Below, piece after piece: positions 8,138 to 18,299 of a stretch of DNA of 43,209 nucleotides. The translations under genes and the position numbers were made by a program. This DNA is from Deltaproteobacteria bacterium (lineage in GTDB: Bacteria > Myxococcota > Myxococcia > Myxococcales > 40CM-4-68-19). Each line of letters begins with the position of its first letter. Within the stretch, counting starts at the first letter, position 1. Where the stretch lies: NCBI GenBank assembly GCA_005879505.1, contig VBKQ01000008.1:1-43209 (forward strand). The letters run 5' to 3'. Under the pieces are notes generated by a model. It saw only the letters and a list, made by a program, of their open reading frames with translations, had not been told where the DNA came from and did not search any database.

Positions 8138-9667
8138 CTAGATCGTCGGCCAGGCGGCGAGGCTGGGCAGCCGCAAGCGTCCGTCCTGCACGCGCCGCCC
8201 GCGCGCCGGCCGCACGCCACGCTCGCGGAAGGCGCGCTTCCAGGCGGCGAACGATCCGCCTGCCCGCCATGCCTCCAGGGCAGCGAGGCCGGCGTCTTCG
8301 CCGCCCTGCGCCAGCATGTACTCCACCCAGGCCCAGCGTGGGCTGGTAGGGCGCACCTCGGCCCGCCCGCGCAACCTCGCGCGCAGGTACGCTACGCGGC
8401 GCTCCGTCTCCTCGATGGGAACGAACGGCGCGCCATCCATCGGCGTGTTCCGCTTGGCGACGAACGGGGCGCATCCGAAGCTGAGGGGCACGATGCGCGA
8501 GATCTCGCCCGCGAGCTCCGCCAGCTCGTCCAGGTCGCGATCCTCCTCGCCCGGCAGCCCAACCATCAGATAGAGCTTGAGCCGCTGGAACCCGCCCTGG
8601 CGGGCCAGCCCGGCGACGCGAAGGAGTTGCTCCGCGGTGGTGCGCCGGTCGAGCGCTTTTCGCAGCCGCTCGGACGCGCCGTCAGCCGCCGTGGTGAGCG
8701 TCTTTGCCCCGGACTGGGCCAGCAGCGATACGAGCTCGGGCCGCGCACAGAGCCGGTCGGCGCGCAGCGAGGAGATGCCGACCTCGCGCCCGTCTTCGAC
8801 GAGCTTGCGCACCAGCTCGACGACGCGCGGATGATCGGTGACGGCCGCGCCCACCAGGCCCACGCGGCGTGCATCTTCCGGGATCAGGTCGAGTACCCGC
8901 TCCGGATCGACGGTGCGCATGCCACCGTTGGTGGTGCGGCGCATGACGCAATACGTGCACCCGCGGGAGCAGCCGCGCTCGGGCTCGATCAGGAACATCG
9001 AGCGCAGCTCGGTGTGCGGCGTCCGGATCTGCGAGCGGGCCGGTAGCCGATCGTCCTCCGCTCTCACGATGCCCGGCCAGGAGGGGGACAGACCGGGAAG
9101 GTAGAATCCCGGATGCCGGGAGAGTCGCGTCCGCAGCTCGTGGCGGGGGAGGGTGAGGGCGTCGCAGAGCGTGTGGATCAGGTCCTCCGCCTCGCCGAGC
9201 ACGATCAGGTCTGCGAAGGGCGCGAGCGGGACGGGATTGGAGAACGTCAGCGGCCCGCCGCAGACGATCAGAGGGTGTCGCTCGTCCCGGTCCTCGCGCA
9301 GGATGGGGATCCCGGCCAGATCGAGCATGTCGAAGAGGCCGGCGATCTCCAGCTCGTAGCTGACGGAAAAAGCGAGGCAGGAAAAACCGGCGACGGGCTG
9401 CTGCGACTCGTAGGTGCAGATCGGAACGCGCGCCTCGCGCCAGGCCTGTACGTCGTCGGGAAGGAACGCCCGCTCCGCCGAGGCGTCGTCGTGCGCGTGG
9501 ATCTCGCGATAGATGGTCTGGAAGCCGAGCGAGCTCATGCCGACGTGATACGGGCTCGGGTAGCAGAGCGCGACGCGGGTGGCCGCCTGCTTGCGCAGCG
9601 TTCCTTGCTCGTCGGCGAGCCGGGTGCGGACGGGTTCGAGCAGGGGCCAGCGCATCGGACCGGGCAT
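8138..9667 (-). CDS. B12-binding-domain radical SAM protein (TIGR03960-like)
   Basis: Has the CX3CX2C cluster in ERGCSRGCTYCVM. The N-terminal half has RVALCYPSPYHVGMSSLGFQTIY, typical of this family. The start is taken at ATG 9667 (MPGPMRW), with an alternative ATG at 9655. The upstream part of the 580-aa track ORF looks non-coding. Confidence 0.8.
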   Translation of the reverse strand: MPGPMRWPLLEPVRTRLADEQGTLRKQAATRVALCYPSPYHVGMSSLGFQTIYREIHAHDDASAERAFLPDDVQAWREARVPICTYESQQPVAGFSCLAFSVSYELEIAGLFDMLDLAGIPILREDRDERHPLIVCGGPLTFSNPVPLAPFADLIVLGEAEDLIHTLCDALTLPRHELRTRLSRHPGFYLPGLSPSWPGIVRAEDDRLPARSQIRTPHTELRSMFLIEPERGCSRGCTYCVMRRTTNGGMRTVDPERVLDLIPEDARRVGLVGAAVTDHPRVVELVRKLVEDGREVGISSLRADRLCARPELVSLLAQSGAKTLTTAADGASERLRKALDRRTTAEQLLRVAGLARQGGFQRLKLYLMVGLPGEEDRDLDELAELAGEISRIVPLSFGCAPFVAKRNTPMDGAPFVPIEETERRVAYLRARLRGRAEVRPTSPRWAWVEYMLAQGGEDAGLAALEAWRAGGSFAAWKRAFRERGVRPARGRRVQDGRLRLPSLAAWPTI

Positions 9668-9686
9668 TCTAAGGTAGAAGACGGCG

Positions 9687-10745
9687 ATGCGCCCTCTCGC
9701 GCTGCTGCTCTGCGTCCTCGGGTGCGCAGAGTGGCGCATGCCGCCGACGTTTCCGGAGCGGGCTGCCGGGCGCCCGGTCGTGCACGAGCAAGCGCTGCTC
9801 GGGCTGTCGCCGCAGGGCGACGCCGCAGTGGCCGAGCTGGTGGAAGCCGACGGCAGCGAGCCCCACCTCGAATTGCGCATCTTCGCCGGCTTGGCCGGCT
9901 TGGGGACACAATACGCAACTCCTCATGCCAGCGCCGTTGGCACGGCGAGTTGCGTATTGTGTCCCCCGACCCTGCTCGTGGCTTCGATCGACCGGGCGCG
10001 GATCGTGGCGCAGAAGCTGCGATCGGTGGCGGGGCGGCCCCAGCCTGTCTTGGCGGCGATCGTTGCCGTCGAGTGGCCGGAGGCGATGTTGCGCGCGGCG
10101 CAGCTCGGGTATGCACCGCGCCTACCCGCGGAGCCGGAACCTGGGAGCGGGCTCTGGCACATCAGGGGAGCGGCCGGGGCCGGGGCGCTGCCGCTGGCGC
10201 TCCGCGTATCGCCGATGGCGGATCCGCCGGCGCTGCTGCTGCTGCTCTCCGATGGCCTCGGCGGTGACGGGATCGAGCTCGCCCGGGTCCTGATGACCGG
10301 CGACGTCGTGGGGCCGCAGCTCTTCCTCCAGGACGGCGTGGCGTGGCTGCTGGCGGGATCGGTGAGGGCGGACCCGTTGCGGCGTACGGTGGGTCTGCAC
10401 CGGGCAATGCTCGCGCGAGGCGAAGCGCAGCTGCACAACGCGCACGGGCTCGAGGATTACGCCGCTGGGGAGCTGGACGCGGCGCGCCGCGAGTTCGGCC
10501 GCTCCATCGCCGCGGACCCCTCGTATGTCGACGGTCTCTACAACGCGGCGGCGGCGGCCGCGCTCACCGGTCGCGCGGAAGAGGCCGTGGAGCTGCTCGC
10601 GCGCGCAGCGTCCGTCGATCCCGCGCGCGTGCAGGTCCTCGGGCGCAACGACCAGGACTTCAAGTCGCTTCGCCGCCGGCCAGACGTCCGCGCCCTTCTC
10701 GGGCTGAGAAGGCCGCCACCGGAGGGCATTCCTCCGCCACCCTGA
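9687..10745 (+). CDS. Putative lipoprotein with C-terminal TPR repeats, carrying an in-frame palindromic insert
   Basis: Has the signal peptide/lipobox MRPLALLLCVLGC. The C-terminus is TPR-like (YAAGELDAARREFGRSIAADPSYVDGLYNAAAAAALTGRAEEAVELL). GC3 is high on both sides of 9902-9966 in the same frame. Confidence 0.65.
   Translation: MRPLALLLCVLGCAEWRMPPTFPERAAGRPVVHEQALLGLSPQGDAAVAELVEADGSEPHLELRIFAGLAGLGTQYATPHASAVGTASCVLCPPTLLVASIDRARIVAQKLRSVAGRPQPVLAAIVAVEWPEAMLRAAQLGYAPRLPAEPEPGSGLWHIRGAAGAGALPLALRVSPMADPPALLLLLSDGLGGDGIELARVLMTGDVVGPQLFLQDGVAWLLAGSVRADPLRRTVGLHRAMLARGEAQLHNAHGLEDYAAGELDAARREFGRSIAADPSYVDGLYNAAAAAALTGRAEEAVELLARAASVDPARVQVLGRNDQDFKSLRRRPDVRALLGLRRPPPEGIPPPP
9902..9966. 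repeat. 65-bp hairpin element with perfect 20-bp inverted arms
   Basis: The left arm GGGGACACAATACGCAACTC (9902-9921) is the exact reverse complement of the right arm GAGTTGCGTATTGTGTCCCC (9947-9966). The 25-nt loop contains a nested TGCCA/TGGCA pair (9926-9930 and 9938-9942). It is preceded by the tandem 9-bp duplication GCCGGCTTG x2 (9885-9902). Confidence 0.9.
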
Positions 10746-10759
10746 GCGCCTCCCCTGCT

Positions 10760-11638
10760 ATGGTCCCGCCCCCGATGCCACCGCTGCTCCTCATCGCGGC
10801 GCTCCTCGCGCAGGCCGGGCTCTCGGAAGAACGCGCGCGCCAGATCCTCCCGCGCGCCGATCTGCGTGCCCTGACCGATCAGCAGCGCGCGCAGTTCCTC
10901 GAGGTCGCCGGCGATACCTTCGGATACGCCGGCTGCAACGACACGCTGGCGCGCTGCCTCGCCGCGAACGTGACCGACAAGCACGCGCCGCGCATGGCCG
11001 AGCTGGTCAAGGCGCTGCTGCTGGAAGGGTCGTCGACGTCCGCGGTCATCGACATGGTCGAGCGGTACTACGCGGGCTTCGCCAAGGAGAAGCGGCAGAA
11101 GCTGCTCGATCAGGACTGCGCACAGCTCGGCGAGGCGAAGGCGCCGGTCGCCATCGTCGAGTACTCCGACTACCAGTGTCCGCACTGCGCCTCGGCGGCG
11201 AAGCCGCTGAGCGAGACGGTGCGCGCGCTCCCCGGCAAGGTGCGCCTCTGCTTCAAGTACTTCCCGCTTCCCGGACATCCGCGCGCGCCGATCGCGTCGG
11301 CCTGCGCCGAGTACGCGCGGCAGCAGGGCAAGTTCTGGGAGATGAGCGATCTGCTGTTCACGCACCAGGAGGAGCTCGGCGACTCCGAGCTGAAGTCGTT
11401 CGCGCGGCAGCTCGGACTCGACGGCGACGCCATGCTGCGCCAGGCTTATGCGGGGCGATTCGACGCCGTCGTCGACCGGCACAAGAAAGAAGGCGTCGCC
11501 GCCGGCGTGCAGTCGACACCGACGGTGTTCTTCAATGGCCGGCAGTTCACGCTGCCGGTGAAGCTCGATTTTCTCGTCTTCTCCACGCAGGACGAGGACG
11601 AGTGGCAGCGGAACAAAGGCGGCTGGGACAAAGACTGA
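10760..11638 (+). CDS. DsbA-family thiol:disulfide oxidoreductase, secreted
   Basis: Has a signal-like N-terminus (MVPPPMPPLLLIAALLAQA) and the thioredoxin active site YSDYQCPHCA. An alternative ATG lies at 10775. Confidence 0.8.
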   Translation: MVPPPMPPLLLIAALLAQAGLSEERARQILPRADLRALTDQQRAQFLEVAGDTFGYAGCNDTLARCLAANVTDKHAPRMAELVKALLLEGSSTSAVIDMVERYYAGFAKEKRQKLLDQDCAQLGEAKAPVAIVEYSDYQCPHCASAAKPLSETVRALPGKVRLCFKYFPLPGHPRAPIASACAEYARQQGKFWEMSDLLFTHQEELGDSELKSFARQLGLDGDAMLRQAYAGRFDAVVDRHKKEGVAAGVQSTPTVFFNGRQFTLPVKLDFLVFSTQDEDEWQRNKGGWDKD

Positions 11639-11652
11639 GAGCTGTCGTCGAT

Positions 11653-12720
11653 ATGCAGGCGATGCAGATCGCGCAGCGGCCGGTTCCCCTGCTGACGCCG
11701 GAACTGCCGGGCACGTCGGGGCTGGTCCGCGTCGCGGAGGACGACTTCTACGTCGAGGAGCTGCCGCTGTACGAGCCGTCCGGAGCAGGGGAGCACCTCT
11801 ACTTGACGGTGGAGAAGCGGGGCCGCACGACCCCGGAAGTGGCAGCGGAGATCGCGCGCTATCTCGGAGCGCGCGAACGCGACGCAGGGACCGCAGGCCT
11901 CAAGGACAAGCGCGCCGTCAGCGTGCAGCGCATCAGCGTCCTCTCCAAGGCAACCCCGGAGGAGGCGCTCCGGCTGCAGGGGCGAGGATTCCGCGTGCTG
12001 GCCGCCGCCCGGCATGGCAACAAGCTTCGCCCCGGGCACCTGCGCGGCAACCGGTTCCGCATCGTCGTCCGCGGCGTCGTTCCGGAGGGGATCGCGCGCG
12101 CCCGCGCGATCTGCGCGCGCCTGGCGGAGATCGGCGTCGCCAATCTCTTCGGCCCCCAGCGGTTCGGAAAGTACGGCGACAACGCCGAGCTCGGCCGCGC
12201 CATCCTGCTGGGCGAACGCCCGATCCGCGACCGCTTCCTGCGGCGCATCGCGCTCTCGGCGCTGCAGTCGGAGCTGTTCAACCGCTGCCTGGCCGCGCGG
12301 ATCGCCGACGGCCTGTTCGCGACGGCCATCGACGGCGACGTCCTGAAGAAGCGCGCCACCGGGGGGCTGTTCGTCTGCGAGGATCCGCGCGCCGATGCTC
12401 CGCGCGTCTTCTCGGGCGAGCTGGATCCGGCGGGGCCGCTGCCCGGACATTCGCTCTTCGCATCCAGCGGCGAGGCTGCCCGCCGCGAACAGGCGGTGCT
12501 GGCCGAGTCCCACATCGACCCAGGGTCGTTCGCGTCGGCGGGCGAGGAGATGCAGGGCGCGCGCAGACCGTACCGCATCGCGCCAAACGACCTCCGGGTG
12601 GAGCCCGCCGGCGACGACGCGCTGGTCGTCTCATTCGCCTTGCCCAAGGGAAGTTATGCGGTTTCCGTCCTCCGCGAGATCAGCAAAAACGACGTGGAAG
12701 AGGCCGATTCGAGCGCCTGA
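11653..12720 (+). CDS. truD: tRNA pseudouridine(13) synthase TruD
   Basis: Contains FYVEELPLYEPSGAGEHLYLTVEKRG, the catalytic-Asp context GLKDKRAVSVQ, and NLFGPQRFG. Confidence 0.88.
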   Translation: MQAMQIAQRPVPLLTPELPGTSGLVRVAEDDFYVEELPLYEPSGAGEHLYLTVEKRGRTTPEVAAEIARYLGARERDAGTAGLKDKRAVSVQRISVLSKATPEEALRLQGRGFRVLAAARHGNKLRPGHLRGNRFRIVVRGVVPEGIARARAICARLAEIGVANLFGPQRFGKYGDNAELGRAILLGERPIRDRFLRRIALSALQSELFNRCLAARIADGLFATAIDGDVLKKRATGGLFVCEDPRADAPRVFSGELDPAGPLPGHSLFASSGEAARREQAVLAESHIDPGSFASAGEEMQGARRPYRIAPNDLRVEPAGDDALVVSFALPKGSYAVSVLREISKNDVEEADSSA

Positions 12721-12728
12721 ACCAATGT

Positions 12729-12757
12729 TTGACCGCACTGGGAAGTGGCGATAGCAG
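12729..12757 (+). promoter_or_regulatory. Candidate promoter giving a leaderless mRNA for the 12765 gene
   Basis: TTGACC (12729-12734), a 17-nt spacer, then TAGCAG (12752-12757). The ATG at 12765 lies 7 nt after the -10 element. The architecture matches the pyrH candidate. Confidence 0.35.
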
Positions 12758-12764
12758 TTGATCG

Positions 12765-14444
12765 ATGAGAGCCCGGATCTGGATCTTCACGGTTGTGGTT
12801 GCGGTCGCCCTCGCGCTCAACCTGGCCCGGGTCTCGCTGAGCATCGCCCAGACCGGAGAGGACACCATGCGGGCGCGGGTCGCCGCCGCGAGCAACGCCT
12901 TGCGGGGCCAACTCGACCTGCTCGACGCCCGTCTCGCGCCACGCGCCGTCGCCATGATGCCGGACCTGATCGAGGCCGTGCGCGGCGGAGATGGGCAGTC
13001 GGCGGCGCGGCCAGACGAGCGCGCCCTGCGCGCTGCAGGAGCGGTGCTCTCTCCGGAGCCGGACCTGTTCGCGGTCGTGAACTCGCACGGCGCGATCGTG
13101 TCCAGGCGGGCCCGGCCCGTCCAGGTATTGGAGGATCCTGCCCGGCTCCCGCTCTCGCAGGCCGCGAACGGAGGAGTCGCGGTGCCCACGTTCGCGACGT
13201 TCGACGCCGCGGTCTACCGGTTCGCCGCCTCTCGTGTTCCCGGCGGCGCCGCGGCGGCGGTCGTCGGAACGCTCGTCGACGACCGGTTCGCCGCGCAGCT
13301 GAAGAGCCAGGTCGACGCCGACGTGACGCTGATCCAGGCCGGCCACATCCTGGCCAGCTCGCTCCCGCAGGGCGAGGATCGCGCCCGGCTGACGCGGTGG
13401 GTGGCGGCGCCTGGCCCCGGATACGGCGTGCTCCAGATCCGCCTGCCGTTCGTGGGCACCAATCTTTCCGGCGAGCTGCCGCGCGGTGCATCGCATTACG
13501 CCGTGCGCGGAGCCCTGCTGCCGCTCGACGGCGGAGTGCAGGCTGCACTGACGGTGCCTGCCTCGCCCTACCTGGCCTGGCTCGGGCGCTACCAGGCTTT
13601 CTATGCAGCCGGTCTGGCCGTGTTCCTGTTCTTTGGTTTCATCTGGGGACTTGTCGCGCGCACGCCGGCGCCGGTGGTCCAGCAAGTGTTCACGCCGCCT
13701 CCGAAGTTCGAACCGGAGGACGGCGTCGTCAGCCCGCCGCGCCGCGCGCCGCGGATGACTCCGCTGCCCGGGACCGACGCCGCAGAGGCGCGTGCCGCTC
13801 TCGCGCCTGCTCCCGCCGCGGAATCGCTCGATCCGGATCTGCCACCGCGCAGCGACCTCGAGGTCGCCGAAGCGCATCCGGAGCCCGACCCGCAGACTGC
13901 ATCCGAACCGGCGGTGTGGGGGGAACCCATTTCCGCCGAGTCCGTGGCGGCGCCGGATCCGGCGGCGTCCGTGCCGGACTGGGAAATCCCGGCGCCGCCT
14001 GGAGTTGCAGGAAAGGCAGCGGACGCATCCAACGGAGCGCTGCAGCTCGCGGCGAACGAACCGGCAGCAGAGCCCTTTCCCGGCGACGAACCGACCCGCG
14101 TCGAACCGGTGGGCGCGGCCCTGATCGAGAAGCTGCGCGAGCGGGACGAGGAGGTCGCCGCCCAGCACGGAAACGCAGCGGCCGTCACCATGCAGGACTT
14201 CTCCCTTCCAGTTGCGGAAGAGAGCGATCCCGATGAGGAGCACTGGCGCGAGACGTTCGACCGGTTCTGCGAGCTCAAGGCGCAGCTCGGGGAGCCTGCC
14301 GACCGGATCTCGTTCGAGAAATTCGCCGCCAAGCTGAAGAAGAACCGGGCGGATCTGGTGGCGAAGCACAACTGCAAGGGCGTGCGCTTCTCGGTCTACG
14401 AGAAGGAAGGCAAGGCGGCGATCAGGGCGTCGGCGATCCGGTAG
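12765..14444 (+). CDS. Membrane-anchored protein with a Pro/Glu-rich linker and an MXAN_5187-type C-terminal domain
   Basis: Has an N-terminal TM helix (IWIFTVVVAVALALNL) and a second TM helix (FYAAGLAVFLFFGFIWGLV). The C-terminal WRETFDRFCELKAQLGEP..ISFEKFAAKLKKNRADLVAKHNCKGVRFSVYEKEGKAAI matches the myxobacterial domain as I recall it. Confidence 0.7.
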   Translation: MRARIWIFTVVVAVALALNLARVSLSIAQTGEDTMRARVAAASNALRGQLDLLDARLAPRAVAMMPDLIEAVRGGDGQSAARPDERALRAAGAVLSPEPDLFAVVNSHGAIVSRRARPVQVLEDPARLPLSQAANGGVAVPTFATFDAAVYRFAASRVPGGAAAAVVGTLVDDRFAAQLKSQVDADVTLIQAGHILASSLPQGEDRARLTRWVAAPGPGYGVLQIRLPFVGTNLSGELPRGASHYAVRGALLPLDGGVQAALTVPASPYLAWLGRYQAFYAAGLAVFLFFGFIWGLVARTPAPVVQQVFTPPPKFEPEDGVVSPPRRAPRMTPLPGTDAAEARAALAPAPAAESLDPDLPPRSDLEVAEAHPEPDPQTASEPAVWGEPISAESVAAPDPAASVPDWEIPAPPGVAGKAADASNGALQLAANEPAAEPFPGDEPTRVEPVGAALIEKLRERDEEVAAQHGNAAAVTMQDFSLPVAEESDPDEEHWRETFDRFCELKAQLGEPADRISFEKFAAKLKKNRADLVAKHNCKGVRFSVYEKEGKAAIRASAIR

Positions 14445-14453
14445 AGCGAAGGC

Positions 14454-15128
14454 CTACAGGCGGGCGCGGTGGAACTTCTCCAGCTCCGCGTTCGCGCGCG
14501 CGAGTGGTTCCAGCCGCGAGCTGACCGCCTGCAGCGCCGCCGCCGGGATCGCGACATAACCCTCGCCCTCCGCGAGCCCGGTGTAGACGCGATTGCCGGT
14601 GCACCCCAGGCTCACCGCTGGTCTGCGGGAGTCGAGCGCCTGCGGCAACGCCGCGCAGGTCGGCCGCCCCATCGCCGGCGCCTCGGGTGCGACGCCGGCG
14701 GACTGCGCGGCCTCGACGACCACCATCATCTGCGCCGTGGTCCCGCGGACGAGCACCAGATCCGGCGGGCAGGGCATCTTCGCGAGCGGAGCATAGACGG
14801 CGACCAGCAACGGCGCCTTGCGCTGCGGGATCGACTGCACCTCGTCCATCCGGACGTAGCCGAGCTCGACCATGGTCCCGACCAGTCCCATCAGCTCCTG
14901 CCGCTTGGCCTCGCTCATCTGCACGCCGTGCGTATGCGCGCCGATCGGGCAGCCCTGGTGATCGCCGGCGTCCGTCCAGAAGACATCGCCGTCGGCGGCG
15001 CGCTTCCAGTAGCTGCAACTGGCCGGCCCGGCGGCCGCATGCGGCACACCGTCCGGAGGCGAGTCGCGGAAGGCGATGCCCACGGCGGGCAGGGACAACT
15101 GCAGCGTCCGCTGGAAGATGTCGTCCAT
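14454..15128 (-). CDS. DUF169 domain protein
   Basis: Contains GIAFRDS..., SCSYWKRA, DHQGCPIGAHTHG and SLGCTGNRVYTGL, which is the typical DUF169 Cys pattern. Confidence 0.7.
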   Translation of the reverse strand: MDDIFQRTLQLSLPAVGIAFRDSPPDGVPHAAAGPASCSYWKRAADGDVFWTDAGDHQGCPIGAHTHGVQMSEAKRQELMGLVGTMVELGYVRMDEVQSIPQRKAPLLVAVYAPLAKMPCPPDLVLVRGTTAQMMVVVEAAQSAGVAPEAPAMGRPTCAALPQALDSRRPAVSLGCTGNRVYTGLAEGEGYVAIPAAALQAVSSRLEPLARANAELEKFHRARL

Positions 15129-15175
15129 GGCGCTGGACTACACCACTGCGGCACCGGTGGCCACCGCGAAGACCG

Positions 15176-18100
15176 TCAGCGGGGCGTCTGGTACCAGTCC
15201 TCCTGATCCGGCTGCTGCTGGTCCCCGCAGGCCTGGGTCGGCTCGCTGCCCGCCATGAAGACCTCCGCAGCGGCGTACGGATCGCCGCTCCCGCTCAGGC
15301 AGCGGGTGTTCCGGTTGATCTGCACCTGGACGACGCCGGGCGGAGGAGCCGGCCATTCCTCCAGCGGCTGCCCGGCGGTCGCCGCGCGCATCCACTGCAG
15401 CCACATCGGACCCGCCGCGTGCCCGCCGGTCTCGTAGGGGCCGAGCATCTCGTGCGTGTCGAATCCCACCCAGCCGCCCGCGAGCAGCGAGGGCGTGAAT
15501 CCGATGAACCAGGCGTCGCGATGCTCGTTGGCGGTGCCGGTCTTGCCCGCGGCGGGCCGGCCGAGCGCGCTCAGCGAATGCGCGGTTCCGGACGGATCCT
15601 CGATCACGGACCGCATCATGTCGGCGACGATGTACGCGACCTCCGGCTTCATCGTCTCTTCGGGCTTCGGTTCGTCGGAGAGCAGCGTGTTGCCATCGCG
15701 GGAGAGCACCTTGCGGATGAGCACGGGCTCGCCGTGGCGGCCTTCCGATGCGAGCGTTGCAAACGCGTTGATCTGTTCGAGCACGCCGACTTCTCCCGTT
15801 CCCAGCGCCGCCGTGTAGCTCTGCGGGATCTCGCTCGACAGGCCCGCCGCTTTCGCCGCCCCCCGCACCCTGTCCAGGCCGACGTCGAGCAGGAGCTTGA
15901 CCGCCACCGTGTTCTTCGAGGCCGCGAGCGCCTTGCGCAGCGTGATCGGGCCGTCGAACTCGTCCTTCTCGAAGTTTTGCGGCTTCCAGGCCTTGCCCGT
16001 CCAGGGATCGGTGATCACTTCCGGCGAATCGTCGACCCGGGTGATCGGTGTGTACTTGCCGGTGTCGATCGCTGCCGCGTAGAGGAACGGCTTGAACGAA
16101 GACCCCGGCTGCCGTCGGGCCTGCGTGGCGCGGTTGAACGACGAGAGCGCGACGTCGTAGCCGCCCGCCAGCGCGAGCACGCCGCGCGTCTTCAGATCCA
16201 TGGCTACGAAAGCGCCCTCGACTTTTGGCGTCTGCTCGAGCGCCAGCTCCAGCCGCTGCACGCGCGTGCCCGCGGAGGTTCGCTGCGTCTGCAGATGCGC
16301 GACGCGCACCGCGACCACGTCGCCGACGGCGAGCACGTCACCGGGGGCCCTGGGCGGCGGTGTCGCGCGCTCCGGCTTGAAGGGGCGCGCCCAGGCCATG
16401 GTGGAGAAGGGGACGTTGCCCGCGATCCCCGGCGCCAGCTCCACGACCGCATCGGCGCGTCCCACGCTGGTGACCAGCCCAGAATAGATCTCGTTCGGGG
16501 CGAGCGGCCGCGCTTTCGCGGCGCGGGCGAGCACGTCGGGCGGCACGCTGCCCTCCAGCGCGCCGGCCGCGGCGTCGGCGGCGGTGTCGGCGTCCTCCGT
16601 CTCGTCGGCGCGCTTCTTGGGCGGCTTGCTCGCGCTCCGGCGGACGGCCGCGGTGTAGATCCCTTCCAGGTCGAGGACCCAGGCCTGGTCTGGGGTTTGC
16701 GCGATGGAGGAGAGCCGCCGTGCGAGGGCAGTGCGGTACGTGTCGAGACGCTCCGGCCCCAGCCTTACCTCCGGCCCCCGCCAACCCTGCCGTTTGTCGA
16801 TGGCGCGCAGGTTTTCCCGCAGCGCCACCTCCGCCGCGTCTTGCAGCCGCGGATCCATCGCCACTTCCACGGTCATGCCCGCGGTATCGACGGCCGCATC
16901 CCCGAACTGCGCCACGAGCTGGCGGCGCACTTCGTCGACGTACCAGGCGCCGGGCGGCTCCGGCGGAGGCGGAGGAAGCACGATGGGCTTCTCCACCTCC
17001 CGGTCGCGGTCCTCACGCGAGATGAAGCGATTGGCCTGCATGCGATCGAGCACGTAGATCTGCCGCTTCTTCGCGCGATCCGGATGGCGGCGCGGATTGA
17101 TGCGCGACGGGTTCTGGGGCAGTCCCGCGAGCATCGCGGCTTCCCCCAGATCGATGTCCTGCACGTGCTTGTTGAAGTAGTAGAGCGAGGCCTCCTCGAC
17201 GCCGTAGTGCGCTTTGCCGAAATTGATGTGGTTCAGATAGAGGAAGAGGATGTCGTCCTTGGAGAGATTGTGCTCGAGGCGCGACGCCAGCAGGATCTCC
17301 TTCAGCTTGCGCTTCCAGCGCTTCTCCGGGCTGAGGAAGAAGTTCTTCACCACCTGCTGTGTGATGGTGGAAGCGCCGAGGCGCTTGCGGCCGCTCACCG
17401 CGTCGATCAACGCGGCGCGCGCCAGCGCAAAGAAGTTGAAGCCCGGGTGCTTGTAGAAGTCCTTGTCCTCCGCGCTGATCACGGCCTGCACGAGCACGCG
17501 CGGGATCTGGTCCATCTTCACCACCGTGCGGCGTTCCCGGTAGAACTGGCCGACCAGGGTGCCGTCGGCGGCCACCACCTTGCTGGCGACGAACGGGTGG
17601 TAGTCGCGGACGGAATCGAACGTCGGGGTCTCGCGCGAGATGTAGATATATCCGGCGAGCACGGCGAGGATGCCCGCCACGGCCAGCGCCCCAGCCGTCC
17701 AGGCAGCGCGGCGCAGGACGATCTTCCAGCGGGGCGGCCCGGCCGGAACGTGGCCCTGGTAGTCGTCCGCGGGAACCGGGCGGTATGGCTCGACCTCCGG
17801 CTCGGGCTCCGGTTCCGCGGTCTGCACGGGCGCGGTGCGGCCCGGAAGGTCGTCGGGGTCCGGCTCGGGTTGCCTCTCTTGTTTCTCGTCCCACCATGCG
17901 CCGCGGCGCCCCGGCTTTCCTGCCGGCGGCAGCGGCCTTTTCGGCGGCGGCGGCGCGGCGGGCTCATCCACCGGCAGCGAGATCTGAAGGCCCTTCTTCG
18001 GCGCGGCAGGCGCCGTTTCCGCGCGCCGGCTCGGCGGCAGCGGAGCCGATCTGGATCCGACCCGATCGACCCGCACCACCGCTGTCGACCCGGGGCCGTC

Positions 18101-18220
18101 GCCGTCCACGGGAGCCTGCGGTCGCGAGGAGGCGTCATCCTCGCCGTCGATCAGGGTGCCGCCGGAAGCGGCGTCGGGACGCTTGGGAGGAGAAGCCATC
18201 GGATCGCGCGAAGCATGCAA
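15176..18220 (-). CDS. mrcA: Class A penicillin-binding protein (PBP1A-type transglycosylase/transpeptidase) with a long Pro-rich N-terminal extension
   Basis: Glycosyltransferase motifs are [29 protein letters not shown] and RKLKEILLA. Transpeptidase motifs are SSFKP, SKN and KTGT. An alternative start lies at ATG 18199. Confidence 0.9.
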   Translation of the reverse strand: MHASRDPMASPPKRPDAASGGTLIDGEDDASSRPQAPVDGDGPGSTAVVRVDRVGSRSAPLPPSRRAETAPAAPKKGLQISLPVDEPAAPPPPKRPLPPAGKPGRRGAWWDEKQERQPEPDPDDLPGRTAPVQTAEPEPEPEVEPYRPVPADDYQGHVPAGPPRWKIVLRRAAWTAGALAVAGILAVLAGYIYISRETPTFDSVRDYHPFVASKVVAADGTLVGQFYRERRTVVKMDQIPRVLVQAVISAEDKDFYKHPGFNFFALARAALIDAVSGRKRLGASTITQQVVKNFFLSPEKRWKRKLKEILLASRLEHNLSKDDILFLYLNHINFGKAHYGVEEASLYYFNKHVQDIDLGEAAMLAGLPQNPSRINPRRHPDRAKKRQIYVLDRMQANRFISREDRDREVEKPIVLPPPPPEPPGAWYVDEVRRQLVAQFGDAAVDTAGMTVEVAMDPRLQDAAEVALRENLRAIDKRQGWRGPEVRLGPERLDTYRTALARRLSSIAQTPDQAWVLDLEGIYTAAVRRSASKPPKKRADETEDADTAADAAAGALEGSVPPDVLARAAKARPLAPNEIYSGLVTSVGRADAVVELAPGIAGNVPFSTMAWARPFKPERATPPPRAPGDVLAVGDVVAVRVAHLQTQRTSAGTRVQRLELALEQTPKVEGAFVAMDLKTRGVLALAGGYDVALSSFNRATQARRQPGSSFKPFLYAAAIDTGKYTPITRVDDSPEVITDPWTGKAWKPQNFEKDEFDGPITLRKALAASKNTVAVKLLLDVGLDRVRGAAKAAGLSSEIPQSYTAALGTGEVGVLEQINAFATLASEGRHGEPVLIRKVLSRDGNTLLSDEPKPEETMKPEVAYIVADMMRSVIEDPSGTAHSLSALGRPAAGKTGTANEHRDAWFIGFTPSLLAGGWVGFDTHEMLGPYETGGHAAGPMWLQWMRAATAGQPLEEWPAPPPGVVQVQINRNTRCLSGSGDPYAAAEVFMAGSEPTQACGDQQQPDQEDWYQTPR

Positions 18221-18299
18221 CAGCGGGGGCCCCTGCGTCCATGCAAACGAAGACGAGAAACTTGCCCCGGCCGGGGCCTGCCGCCATCCTGCGCCCGCG

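Noticed and set aside
18263-18276. A perfect 14-bp palindrome, GCCCCGGCCGGGGC, between divergent PBP1A and the GIY-YIG gene.
   Set aside because: It is pure G/C, and such palindromes arise easily by chance at this base composition. It is not positioned as a terminator (it lies between divergent starts) and is not repeated elsewhere in the window.
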